Source: a virus
IMG/VR virus record: IMGVR_UViG_3300038454_000106
Span: 37,698 to 101,697 of that record
Reading direction: 5' to 3' (one strand)
Length of the DNA: 64,000 nucleotides
The translations under genes and the position numbers were made by a program. This document shows positions 1-9,121 of the stretch, piece after piece. The notes under the pieces are model-generated. The model saw only the letters and a list, made by a program, of their open reading frames with translations. It had not been told where the DNA came from and did not search any database. The first letter of the stretch is position 1. Every line of letters starts with the position of its first letter.

Positions 1-37
1 AGCAAGAGCAGGAGCCCGGCCTCGAAACGCGATGATC

Positions 38-448
38 TCACGCTCGGTTCGTCAAACGTGGATGGTCACCGATGACGAGCTTCGGACATCGGAGGCTCGG
101 CTCGTCGATGCGAGCGTCACCCACGAGCGGCTGCTGAACGATCGCGCAGCACCGACCACAGCACGCGCCGATCGTCCACGGTGGCAGCTTGCTCGGCACG
201 TAGCCGGTGAAGCCGAAGCTCTGTGCGAGATCGACGGCGTAGGTCAATAGCGGCGGGCGTGTGAGGCCAACACTGATCGCAAGGAACCGGTGGCTCATCG
301 AGGTCCAGAAGTAGCAGTGGAAGTCATTGAACAACTGGACCGCATACAGCGTGGACAAGTTCTCCGGCAGCATCGCGGAGGTGACGATGGCATCGATCGC
401 CCGTTGCTGTTCGGGCCCCGGCCTAAGGAGGATCTGGTTGTCTGTCAT
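38..448 (-). CDS. hypothetical protein
   Basis: 136-aa ORF with protein-like composition and CCxxCC cluster. Confidence 0.5.
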   Translation of the reverse strand: MTDNQILLRPGPEQQRAIDAIVTSAMLPENLSTLYAVQLFNDFHCYFWTSMSHRFLAISVGLTRPPLLTYAVDLAQSFGFTGYVPSKLPPWTIGACCGRCCAIVQQPLVGDARIDEPSLRCPKLVIGDHPRLTNRA

Positions 449-747
449 GGGCTGAGCCTTGCGCAGAGGTTCCCCATGACGTCAAGCGATTCGTTGCAGC
501 ACGTAGCAGGGAAGATCCACGTGGGTCGCGACGTAGCTACAGCCGGGCCCGATCGACGTGGCGAGGTATCAGTCGGGATCGCGTGGGTAGCCGGTACGGA
601 TCCAGCGTGCCAGGGCAAAGCACGCAGAGCGGAGTGCATCCTTCAGGACGATCCAGGTGTATCGCATGCTCCCTCCATGGCCGAGGATGCTTCTCCTGAT
701 CTCTCTTTCTCAACGGCTCCGGATCCGGATTCGGATATGCTAGGGGC

Positions 748-1020
748 ATGCGTACTACCCACCGCAGCGCCACGACGGCCAAGGGCTGGGGCAGTCGGGC
801 CCCCAAGACCGTTGGAGAGCGCCGAGCGCTCCGAGCACGTTGTGGTCCCCGTGCCTTCCTCGATCCCGAGGGGCTGCGCTTCCCCGTGATCGCGAAGCGA
901 GGACGCTGCCTCCTCGACTGCCAGGGCCTCAAGGCTGCCCTTGGACGGGCCAAGGCGAGGCGCTACCGCAGCATCGTGGCGAAGGCCGAGAGCCTGCTGC
1001 GCCGCGGTTGTGGCGTGTGA
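748..1020 (+). CDS. small basic Cys-containing protein, putative virion core protein
   Basis: 90 aa, Arg/Lys-rich, GW...CG..AFL.P..L.FPV...C..DC.GL.AA..RA pattern; TATGCT 6 nt before ATG; TGATG overlap with next gene. Confidence 0.65.
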   Translation: MRTTHRSATTAKGWGSRAPKTVGERRALRARCGPRAFLDPEGLRFPVIAKRGRCLLDCQGLKAALGRAKARRYRSIVAKAESLLRRGCGV

Positions 1021-1283
1021 TGGCCCGCCGTCGCAAGGGACGGTCGATCGTCTGCCGGAAGCCCTGGCGCGAGCGGCTCCGGGGCGGCAAGGCCCGTGGG
1101 CGCAGGCCAGCCGACTTCGACCCGAGGCAGCTCCAGATCGGGACCCGAGTTGAGATGGAACACACGGACGATCCGTGCCTCGCGCAGGAGATCGCGATGG
1201 ACCACTTGACCGAGAGCCGCAACTACTACGTCCGCTTGCTGCGGCACCACCTCGACGGTGCCAGTCGGCGCCAGAGACGCTAG
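1020..1283 (+). CDS. DUF5661-like protein
   Basis: QLQIGTRVEMEHTDD..LAQEIAMDHLTE..NYY..L matches the recalled DUF5661 signature; start reassigned to ATG 1020. Confidence 0.7.
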   Translation: MARRRKGRSIVCRKPWRERLRGGKARGRRPADFDPRQLQIGTRVEMEHTDDPCLAQEIAMDHLTESRNYYVRLLRHHLDGASRRQRR

Positions 1284-1873
1284 TTGCCAGCGGCGATGCG
1301 CCAGAACGTGTAGATCGACCGGCCAATGAACGGATCGATGGGATCATCGAGATGTTCAAGACCCTTGAGGATGCGCAGCCGCCGCTCGGTCACGTAGGGG
1401 TAAGTCACTGCATCGAGCGAAGGAACCGCATCACGCAAGGCTCGCTCGATGGCGTCGGCCACGCGCAGCTCAATGTCAGAGCCCCGCAAGCGTTGGATCG
1501 CGTTCCACCGCTGCACTACCCGCTCTCGTTGGCGCGCGACCGTAAGCCCAGTGGTCCCGCTGCCAAGTGGCACGTTCACCTCCCAGGTGTGAGCGGCACG
1601 GCGCGGCAAGCGGGCCATGATGGTCCACTGGATCTCGTCGTTCCAACCCATGAAGCGAGCGGACTCGGCGGCCGATAGCATCGTCACGCAGTCCTGGCAC
1701 TGCACGCCCATGTTCCCAAGTGCAACTTGCTGGATCATTGCCTCACAGGTATCGCTGGAGACGTCGCTGTACCGGAGCCGTCCACAAAGCACACCGGCCG
1801 CGTCCGACCGATGCACCTGCGTGACCAGCGTGCCAGCCTCCTCTCGGTGGACAAAGACATCGAAGGTGATCAT
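1280..1873 (-). CDS. hypothetical protein
   Basis: 197-aa ORF, ATGA-coupled to upstream gene. Confidence 0.6.
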   Translation of the reverse strand: MITFDVFVHREEAGTLVTQVHRSDAAGVLCGRLRYSDVSSDTCEAMIQQVALGNMGVQCQDCVTMLSAAESARFMGWNDEIQWTIMARLPRRAAHTWEVNVPLGSGTTGLTVARQRERVVQRWNAIQRLRGSDIELRVADAIERALRDAVPSLDAVTYPYVTERRLRILKGLEHLDDPIDPFIGRSIYTFWRIAAGN

Positions 1874-2589
1874 GCGATCCTCTCATTGGAGATGGTCTCG
1901 CGCGGGATGATCACACCGGTATCCTCCTCCGAGTAGGCCTGGACGCTCACGTCCGCCAGGATGCGACGGCCCAGGGCCCGTCCGGTATTGAAGCCCGGGA
2001 AGTCCGGATAGTCGCGCTCGTAGATGTCGAGCACCTTGAGGAGAGACTTCACCACCCTCCAGCATCCTGGATCGGGGCGGCCATCGGTTACATCGAGCGG
2101 TAGGCTTTGATGGACGATACGGCCTTGCGCAGGCCCCTCTGAGAGCACCCTCCACGCGAAGGTCACAGTGTGGGAGTACCTCGGCGCCCAGACGTACCAG
2201 CACCCGAGGAGGTAGGTCCCCTCAGGTACTGGCTCGTACAGGCTGGTCTTCCAGAACCTGTAGGTAGCGCCGCCACCGAACGTGGTGACCAGGTCATGCG
2301 AGGCCAACCAAGGCATCATCTTGCGAGCAACGTCTACGACTTCGCCGCTCACGTTGAGATGGTCGTCGAAACGCATGCAGGCAGCGGCCGCGACGTGGCT
2401 GCGCAGGAACCAAGAGGCGCCATGCGGTAGCATGTACGGCTTACGATCGCCACGTCGGTACCGCGTCAGAGCGTTGTTCGCTTCGTGTGCCTCCAGTTGC
2501 CACACGCTGATCGCGCCCGTCGGGAGCATTGCAACGGTTGCGTCAAAGCCTTCTGCGATGGGAATGTCTGCGGTGTCACTCATGCGCAA
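1870..2589 (-). CDS. hypothetical protein
   Basis: 239-aa ORF, GAGGAGG SD upstream. Confidence 0.65.
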   Translation of the reverse strand: MRMSDTADIPIAEGFDATVAMLPTGAISVWQLEAHEANNALTRYRRGDRKPYMLPHGASWFLRSHVAAAACMRFDDHLNVSGEVVDVARKMMPWLASHDLVTTFGGGATYRFWKTSLYEPVPEGTYLLGCWYVWAPRYSHTVTFAWRVLSEGPAQGRIVHQSLPLDVTDGRPDPGCWRVVKSLLKVLDIYERDYPDFPGFNTGRALGRRILADVSVQAYSEEDTGVIIPRETISNERIA

Positions 2590-2640
2590 TCCTCCTCGTC
2601 GTCATCCATCATTGTCGTCCTCCACCGTCACGATCAACAG

Positions 2641-3009
2641 CTAGTCACAGGTGGACTGGCAACTCACGGGGAATTCCTCCTCGTGGTCGTGAAAAATCGC
2701 GTCCACCCGCCAACATTTGAGTGCTTCCAGCGCAATGAGGCAATCGCTCGCGATCTCCTCGTTGAACGTATGCCCCGCCTCGCAGACGTTCGCCTCCGTC
2801 CAACCGGAACAGCCAAGCTCCGCCGCGTACATCGCCGCGCAATCACCGGTCACGGTCTGCCCACACTGGCTAGCGTCCATGCACAACGTCGTGGTCAGTT
2901 CCTTGCAGAACTCTCGTGGCGACAAGGCCGACCCGGAGCCAGCACCGAGGCTCGAGTCCTCCCCGCAAGCGGTGGCGATGAGTAGCAGCACAATGATCGT
3001 GATCCTCAC
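2641..3009 (-). CDS. Cys-rich lipoprotein (myxobacterial type)
   Basis: lipobox LLLIATAC followed by regularly spaced Cys; AAGGAGG SD before GTG 3009. Confidence 0.7.
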   Translation of the reverse strand: MRITIIVLLLIATACGEDSSLGAGSGSALSPREFCKELTTTLCMDASQCGQTVTGDCAAMYAAELGCSGWTEANVCEAGHTFNEEIASDCLIALEALKCWRVDAIFHDHEEEFPVSCQSTCD

Positions 3010-3064
3010 TGTCCCTCCTTCTTTGTCTTCGCGAACACGAAGCACACCGCCAGTTCCGTCCCCA

Positions 3065-3481
3065 TCACGCCTGCCCCTGCGCCTTCAGCTTTATCCACGG
3101 CTTGCCCGCCAGTTTCTCGGCGCACACCAAGTGGTCACCGCCGATCGGGATGTACTCGACTGGAATCATCAAGCGGTGGTCCTTGCCGTGCTCCTCACAG
3201 GCCTCGGCGAACTTCCCGCCGAAGAACGCTACCGCCGCGGCCTCGCTCGGCCCGAGGTACGGCGATACGAGCACGAGCAGCGTGGAGTCCCCCGAAGAAG
3301 TCACGCCCGTGACTCGTAGCTCAAACGTCTCGCCCTTGCGTACCAACTCGGCGTAGATGGCCATCCCAGCAAACCCTGCATACCAGACCCCGACGATGTA
3401 GTCGGTGGGGTCGATGATCGTCACGGCGGGTGTCCACCTTCCCGCCAGCTTGTCGTTGTCGTCGGCCTCGTCTCGTTTCAT
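3065..3481 (-). CDS. hypothetical protein
   Basis: 138-aa ORF in the leftward gene run. Confidence 0.55.
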   Translation of the reverse strand: MKRDEADDNDKLAGRWTPAVTIIDPTDYIVGVWYAGFAGMAIYAELVRKGETFELRVTGVTSSGDSTLLVLVSPYLGPSEAAAVAFFGGKFAEACEEHGKDHRLMIPVEYIPIGGDHLVCAEKLAGKPWIKLKAQGQA

Positions 3482-3533
3482 CTGGGAACCTTCTCACGCG
3501 GCTTGACGCCGAGCCAAGCGCCGCTTTCGCTCC

Positions 3534-5309
3534 TCACGCGGCCCGGGGCAGCGCCAAGACCACGATCCGATTCGAGTCCTTCCGCGCACTTCCGGTTGTC
3601 AATTCGGAGTGCTTCAAGAACGAGTTCCGCCGCGAATTGACAATCGCCAAGGCCACGTCTGAGTCGCCCTCGATCCGGAAGATCCGCTTGCGCGGCGACT
3701 TCTTTGGCAGCAGCGTCCCCTTCGGGATCGTCACCGGCGCGAAGTAGAGACCCCCGGGGAAGAGGGCCTCGAAGGCCTGCCGCTTGAGCTTCCGGTCCGC
3801 GCTCTGGAGGTTGTCGCGCATCGCGACGAGGTAACTCCGGACGCCATGCTCGGCCTGCTCGATGGACGCCTCGCGCTCCTTGGGGGCCTTCCAGGCATCG
3901 GCCAGCTCGCGCTCAGCTTCCTTGAGCCGGCCACTCGTCTCCTTGTGCTTGGCGTAGAGCCCGCGCCGATCGTCGACCTGCTCCATGTCCTCCTCGATCC
4001 TACGGAGGCGCTTCCGGAGCGTGCCGATCTCCTTCTGGAGGGCGTCGACGCTGAGGTTCGGCGAGCTGAGTCGGCGCTCCATCGCTGCGCGCACCAGCGC
4101 GACGAGCTGCGCGATGCGCGGTTCGTCCAGCTCGGTCGCGATGCGGCTAGCGAGCGCCGCCTCGACCTCCTCCACCGGCTGGCGAAGGCTCATCGTACAG
4201 ACCGCCTTGCCCTTGCTGGTGTGGGCCGCGCAGCCGTACGAGTAGACCTGCACCCGGCGCCCATTCGCCATCGTACGAGGCCAGCCACGCACGTTGATCG
4301 ACCCACCGCACTCCGCGCAGCGCGCGAGAGATGAAAGCGCGTACTTCACAGCGGGCGATCGCTTGCAGTGCTTCGAGGCTAGGCTCCGCTTCGCACGTGC
4401 CTCCTGCACCGCGTGCCACAATTCGTCATCCACGATGCGGAGACTGGGCGCAAACTTCTCGAGCAGTGGCTCGGGACGCTGGAGACGCTGCTTCTTGCCT
4501 GTGCTCCGGTCCGTGTAGGTCACACCCCACACGACGAGGCCGCGATAGCGTGGGTTGGCCAGCATCTCGTCAACCGTCCTGGGCGACCACGTTCGACCCT
4601 TGCGCTCGGCCTTTCGGTCCGCGTACGGGGGCGGAACCTTGTCAGCGTTGAGGCGCGCGCAGATGAGCCGGGCGCCCATGCCGTCGAGGTTCCAGCGATA
4701 GATCTGGCGCACGACCTGGGCCTCAACCTCATGCACGATGGCAATCGGCTCGCCGTCCATCTCGACGTTGCGATAGCCGTAGCAACCGCCATTGATTGGC
4801 CGTTCTACCTTGAGCCTGCCGCTCGCGATGTCCTCGGCGAACGTGTAGAGCTTCTGCCGTGTGTTCTCGATGATCTTCTTGTGCTCTGCCTCTGCGCCGA
4901 ACGCCTCGACGGCGTTGATGACCCAGTCGGTCGGGTTATCCGCGCGAGTCTCCTTGCGCGTCTGGTAGTAGAAGAGACGGGCCTGCTTGCGCTGGCAGAT
5001 CTCACGGATGAACAATAGCGAGTCAACGATCGTGCGCCCGAGACGTGCGGCATCACGCGCGATCACGATGGAGCCTGGACGGAGCCGCTGCATCATCTCG
5101 CCCAGCGCCGTGCGCGCGTCCCAGTCATCACCGGACACGCCGTTGTCGGCGAAGACCTCGATCGCGAGGCCGGGGAACAGCTCAGCCGCGAACCGGCGCC
5201 CATTTCGTTCCTGGATCTCGATGGTGTCGTCGTCGGCTTTGCTGAGACGGAGCAGGAGACAGACCGTCGGCAGTGACGGCACCGGTTGCAATGCATGGGC
5301 TCTCTTCAC
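3534..5309 (-). CDS. large serine recombinase (resolvase, recombinase and zinc-ribbon domains)
   Basis: LRLS catalytic-Ser motif, DNGVSG, ARLGR, YGY, ML.NP.Y.G, IVDDELW..VQ, C..CG...YGC...C ribbon, coiled coil; GTG start overlaps the upstream stop. Confidence 0.9.
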   Translation of the reverse strand: MKRAHALQPVPSLPTVCLLLRLSKADDDTIEIQERNGRRFAAELFPGLAIEVFADNGVSGDDWDARTALGEMMQRLRPGSIVIARDAARLGRTIVDSLLFIREICQRKQARLFYYQTRKETRADNPTDWVINAVEAFGAEAEHKKIIENTRQKLYTFAEDIASGRLKVERPINGGCYGYRNVEMDGEPIAIVHEVEAQVVRQIYRWNLDGMGARLICARLNADKVPPPYADRKAERKGRTWSPRTVDEMLANPRYRGLVVWGVTYTDRSTGKKQRLQRPEPLLEKFAPSLRIVDDELWHAVQEARAKRSLASKHCKRSPAVKYALSSLARCAECGGSINVRGWPRTMANGRRVQVYSYGCAAHTSKGKAVCTMSLRQPVEEVEAALASRIATELDEPRIAQLVALVRAAMERRLSSPNLSVDALQKEIGTLRKRLRRIEEDMEQVDDRRGLYAKHKETSGRLKEAERELADAWKAPKEREASIEQAEHGVRSYLVAMRDNLQSADRKLKRQAFEALFPGGLYFAPVTIPKGTLLPKKSPRKRIFRIEGDSDVALAIVNSRRNSFLKHSELTTGSARKDSNRIVVLALPRAA

Positions 5310-5545
5310 GACACAGACTCCTCGTCGTAGCAGCCGCAGGAGATGATCTGGCCGCGGCATCGGGGGCAGCGCTCCATGTCACAACCGGGATGATGGAACC
5401 CGCCGGGCGGCGCACTACAGTCATGACAGTGGCCATCACCAGTGTACGGAATCGGCGTGTCACCGCACTTGGCGAGATCCGGTGCGTTGCCCGGACATGA
5501 CACCTTCAGGAGCATCTCTTGGTTGCAGAAAGCGCAGGTGGCCAT
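5306..5545 (-). CDS. small Cys/His-rich zinc-binding phage protein
   Basis: CxxC...CHDC....G.FHHPGCDMERCPRC.GQ.ISCGC. Confidence 0.7.
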   Translation of the reverse strand: MATCAFCNQEMLLKVSCPGNAPDLAKCGDTPIPYTGDGHCHDCSAPPGGFHHPGCDMERCPRCRGQIISCGCYDEESVS

Positions 5546-5639
5546 CAGGTCACCGGCTCCTTGAGCAGCGCATCCGCGATGATCTCGGCGAGGGCCGCCG
5601 GAACGGGTTGCAGGATGCGGGCGGTAGCGTTGTGAATTC

Positions 5640-6080
5640 TCACGGGGGCTCCTTGAGCAGGTGGTCGGCGATCATCTCGGCGAGCACGACGAGGAACGGT
5701 TGCCAGTCCTCGGCGTAGCGAAGGGTTCCAACCTCGGCGAGTAGTGGTGGGCCATCGTCCGAGGTCGAGGTCTTGGCCTTGGCCGCACGCACCCGCCGTG
5801 TGGACCGAGCGCTGCGAGCCGCACGGAGCTTGCGGCGAGCGCCCTCCATCACGGCGGCCAGGCGCTCGCGCACCAGCATGTTGAGGCGAGCGTTCGCCTC
5901 GTGTGCCGCGCGCCAAAGTCGCCGGATCGTCGTGTCGGCATCGCCACGCACCTCGGCCTCGACGGCCCTGGCTTCCGCGGTGGCGACCTCGTGCCACTCC
6001 GGTGCGTCGATCGCGGCCTGATCTTCTGTGGTCCAATCGTCAAGCGGGATGATGTCGTCGTTCTTAGGGGTCATGATCAT
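5640..6080 (-). CDS. hypothetical protein
   Basis: 146-aa helical ORF. Confidence 0.5.
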   Translation of the reverse strand: MIMTPKNDDIIPLDDWTTEDQAAIDAPEWHEVATAEARAVEAEVRGDADTTIRRLWRAAHEANARLNMLVRERLAAVMEGARRKLRAARSARSTRRVRAAKAKTSTSDDGPPLLAEVGTLRYAEDWQPFLVVLAEMIADHLLKEPP

Positions 6081-6116
6081 TCTCGGTCCGCGAGGGAAGC
6101 TTGAGTAGACCGTCCT

Positions 6117-6536
6117 TCATGACGACGGATCTTCGACGGGCGTGCCAAACATTTGCAGAAGACCCAGGAATCTAGCGAGCACGCGCGCCATGCGACGCAG
6201 TTCACCCGCGTCCGCGTGTGCCGTGTACCACTCCACGAGCCACTCGTGTCCACCCCTGGCACTCCGTTCCGTCTTGTACGCCACGATCGGCTCCCAAACA
6301 GTCTGTTCCCAATCGTGCTTGTCCAGGACCTCGATCGCCGTATCGAACAAGATCGGCTCCCGTCGGAAGTTCTCGCCGTACCAGAGCGTGCGGATTCGCA
6401 GGCCATGCACGGTGTCGTCACCGATGGTGCGATACGCCCGGTCATTGCGTAGGCGATCCCACTCAAGGGCGTCGATTGGTTTGCCGTCGCGGTCGAGATA
6501 CCAGGGCAGCTCATCCTTGTTCGTTCGCTCGGTCAT
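6117..6536 (-). CDS. hypothetical phage protein
   Basis: 139 aa, AAGAAAGGAAG SD, coupled to the HTH gene. Confidence 0.65.
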   Translation of the reverse strand: MTERTNKDELPWYLDRDGKPIDALEWDRLRNDRAYRTIGDDTVHGLRIRTLWYGENFRREPILFDTAIEVLDKHDWEQTVWEPIVAYKTERSARGGHEWLVEWYTAHADAGELRRMARVLARFLGLLQMFGTPVEDPSS

Positions 6537-6808
6537 CGTGGGCTTCCTTTCTTGGGAACCAGCAAGATCGTCAGCTCGCAGTCGAGCGCATCGGCGAGTC
6601 TTGCCAGCGTACTGACCGACAGGTTCGCGTCGGCTCCAAGGATCTGAGACACACGGCCCGCGGTCACCCCGAGTCGCTTGGCCAGCTCGCGTTGCGTGAT
6701 GCCGCGGCTCTCCAACGCGTCGGCCAGCACCAGCGCGACCGCTGCGAGCGCGCGCTCCTTGACGAACGTCCGGTGCTCCTTGGGGCTACGCTTCCGCGTT
6801 GTCGGCAT
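6533..6808 (-). CDS. XRE-family HTH transcriptional regulator
   Basis: RGITQRELAKRLGVTAGRVSQIL...NLSVSTLARLADAL; TAACTT 7 nt before ATG (leaderless-like). Confidence 0.9.
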   Translation of the reverse strand: MPTTRKRSPKEHRTFVKERALAAVALVLADALESRGITQRELAKRLGVTAGRVSQILGADANLSVSTLARLADALDCELTILLVPKKGSPR

Positions 6809-6835
6809 GGAGCCGAAGTTAACACTTGCATAAAC

Positions 6836-7024
6836 CTAAAGCAAGTGTCGCTCCTCGACGGTGAGGGTGCGGCCCGTGGCCTGAGCTGCGTACACGCGCC
6901 CGGTCTCGGTCCGCTTGATGGTGTCGACGTAGACCTCGACGGCATGCATGCCGCAGCTCTCGTCCCAGCCGTGCTCACCCTTCACGCGGCCACAGGCCAT
7001 GCAGACGACGGCGACGTTCCTCAC
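6836..7024 (-). CDS. small hypothetical protein (CxxC)
   Basis: GTG overlaps the upstream stop; CMAC...H...C..H. Confidence 0.45.
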   Translation of the reverse strand: MRNVAVVCMACGRVKGEHGWDESCGMHAVEVYVDTIKRTETGRVYAAQATGRTLTVEERHLL

Positions 7025-7212
7025 TGGAGCACCACCTCGTGCCACTCCAGCTCGAGATGAACGGCCGCCAGGATCGACGCCTCGATCTTGGCGGCGAGCA
7101 GGCACCGGTCGTCGGCCGTCATGCGGACCCGCGTGGCCATGACGTCGGCGATCCGATCACCCTCCTGGGCAGCTAGCTCGCGGACCTGTGTGGATAGCTC
7201 GATGGTGTCCAT
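7021..7212 (-). CDS. hypothetical protein
   Basis: 63-aa helical ORF. Confidence 0.5.
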   Translation of the reverse strand: MDTIELSTQVRELAAQEGDRIADVMATRVRMTADDRCLLAAKIEASILAAVHLELEWHEVVLQ

Positions 7213-7352
7213 CGCTATCGACTAGCGGCCCGCGACGTCATGCGGCGCCCCCAACAGGGGAGGCGTGAGATCCGACGACGAGAGGACCACTCCCGCCGTC
7301 GGGAGCCTGTAGACGGGACTCCACGACCTGGATTCAGGAGGAGGGACCCGTC

Positions 7353-8261
7353 ATGGCCGGCAACGGCAAGCACAAGCAGCCCGTGGACGCGCCGAGGACC
7401 AACGTCTTTTGGTGCGACCCGCACCAACTCGTGATCGTCGGGCTCGACACCAGCGATACGGAGGAGCATCCACTCTGGGACGCACGTGGGTTCCAGGAGC
7501 TGGAGGAGTCCTTCGTCGTGAACATCCTCCGCAACGGCGTAGTCTCGACGATCACAGCCCGTTCCGTCGACGGGCAGCTCCAGGTCGTCGAGGGCCGTCG
7601 TCGCGTGCTGCATGCCCGCGAGGCACTGCGCCGGCAGATCGCCGATGGCATCCCCGAGGCCGAGCTACTCCGGATCCCAGTACGGACGATCCGGGGAGAC
7701 GATGCTCACCTCCTTGCGATGAGCCGAGTCGCCAACTCGTTTCGGCGCGAGGAGACGATCCTCGAGAAAGGCTTCCATGCTCAGCGGCTCCTCGCCATGG
7801 GCAGGTCAGAGGCCGACGTGGCGATCACCTACGGCGTGGATGAGACGACCGTCAAGGCGTGGCTGTCCCTGTTGGAGTCCGACACGAACCTCCGCAAGGC
7901 GATCATCGAGGGCAAGGTGTCGCCGTCCGCGGCCTACCGGTTGGCCCGCCTTCCGCATCCGGACCAGCGCAAGGCACTCGAGGAGCTACTGGCCAGCGGC
8001 CACGCTTCGATCCGCGAGGCGCGCCGGGTCACCGCCAAGCGCCGTGGTCACGGCGATACCGTGGGCGCACGGCGCCGGACGCTGCGAGACATGCGCGATC
8101 TCCTGCGCACGGACAAGGAGCCAGACGACTTCCAGCGCGGTGTCGTCGCGGCCCTGGATCTTGTCCTCGGCGCAGAGAGCGAGGGTCTCGATACCCGGAT
8201 CCGACGATGGACGATCGAGGCCGCCGCTCACCGCAAGCAACTGAAGGACAAGCCATCGTGA
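7353..8261 (+). CDS. parB: ParB/RepB/Spo0J-family protein
   Basis: VVEGRRR (GxxR) motif, AN..R, downstream HTH (DVAITYGVDETTVKAWL); AGGAGAGG SD. Confidence 0.8.
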   Translation: MAGNGKHKQPVDAPRTNVFWCDPHQLVIVGLDTSDTEEHPLWDARGFQELEESFVVNILRNGVVSTITARSVDGQLQVVEGRRRVLHAREALRRQIADGIPEAELLRIPVRTIRGDDAHLLAMSRVANSFRREETILEKGFHAQRLLAMGRSEADVAITYGVDETTVKAWLSLLESDTNLRKAIIEGKVSPSAAYRLARLPHPDQRKALEELLASGHASIREARRVTAKRRGHGDTVGARRRTLRDMRDLLRTDKEPDDFQRGVVAALDLVLGAESEGLDTRIRRWTIEAAAHRKQLKDKPS

Positions 8262-9121
8262 AAGTGCCGTTTGACAAGTTTGCGAGCCTCGCCAGCAATG
8301 AACTCCTGGTGCAGCGCTGGTTCTCACTGTTTGGCTCGCCGCAACTCATCGAGCTGAGCGACGCCGTGCTGGACTGCCAAGACCAGCTCAGGATGGCTCA
8401 CGTCGAGTTGACGACCGCGCTCAAGACCTTGCTGGTCGACGTCGTCCAGATCGCGACGAACACCGTCCCTGACTTCATGGACAAGACCTCACTCGACGTG
8501 ATCGTGGAGGTGATGTTTACGATGCTCGTCGCCGAGCGTCGGCACCAGCGCGAGCAGCAGCGCGCGGCGCGCAGCTTCAAGCTGATCGTCGAGCCACTCG
8601 ACGGCGGAGATCTCGATCCGGAGCACCTCCAGGCCGTGGCCGATGCCACTGCCGACGGCAGGCCTACTGGGGATGCTTGGCGGGCGCTCGCGGACAGGCT
8701 TGCCGCCTGCAAGCGCCCTGCGCGAGCCTGGACACCTGAGCACGAGATCCATGTCGATCTCGACGAGGACGAGGACGAGGACGAGAACGAGGACGGAATC
8801 CAGGACAAGACCACGCCTGTGCTCATGCCCGCTCCGGAAGCTCGCATAGCCCATCCACTGGAGATCGTATCGGCCACGTTGGCATGGTCACTGGGCTGCG
8901 ACCAGTGTGTGCGCCTTGGACTCACCCAAGACGAGGAGGGCCATCCGTGCCAGCTCTATTTCTGTGCCTGTGCCAACAACGGGACGATCCTCGTCCAGGG
9001 CGCGATGGGCGTCCGTGCGGTACCCTGCGACGTCGTGCGGCAGGCCCCTGCCACGAGTCTAGCTCCTCAGGTCGAGGGGCTCCGGCGTGCCATCGCGGCA
9101 AGGCTTCTTGAGGAGCCATGA
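8258..9121 (+). CDS. hypothetical protein with acidic tract and Cys cluster
   Basis: GTG 8258 coupled to the parB stop; DEDEDEDENED tract, CDQC and HPC...CAC. Confidence 0.6.
   Translation: MKVPFDKFASLASNELLVQRWFSLFGSPQLIELSDAVLDCQDQLRMAHVELTTALKTLLVDVVQIATNTVPDFMDKTSLDVIVEVMFTMLVAERRHQREQQRAARSFKLIVEPLDGGDLDPEHLQAVADATADGRPTGDAWRALADRLAACKRPARAWTPEHEIHVDLDEDEDEDENEDGIQDKTTPVLMPAPEARIAHPLEIVSATLAWSLGCDQCVRLGLTQDEEGHPCQLYFCACANNGTILVQGAMGVRAVPCDVVRQAPATSLAPQVEGLRRAIAARLLEEP

Noticed and set aside
6537-6560. AAGAAAGG before 6117-6536 as an eleventh motif copy
   Set aside because: SD matches but the upstream stem is absent and it lies inside the HTH gene
8761-8795. GACGAG microsatellite (also 14121-14170, 53468-53502)
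   Set aside because: Explained by Asp/Glu low-complexity coding tracts; in-frame, no sign of phase variation
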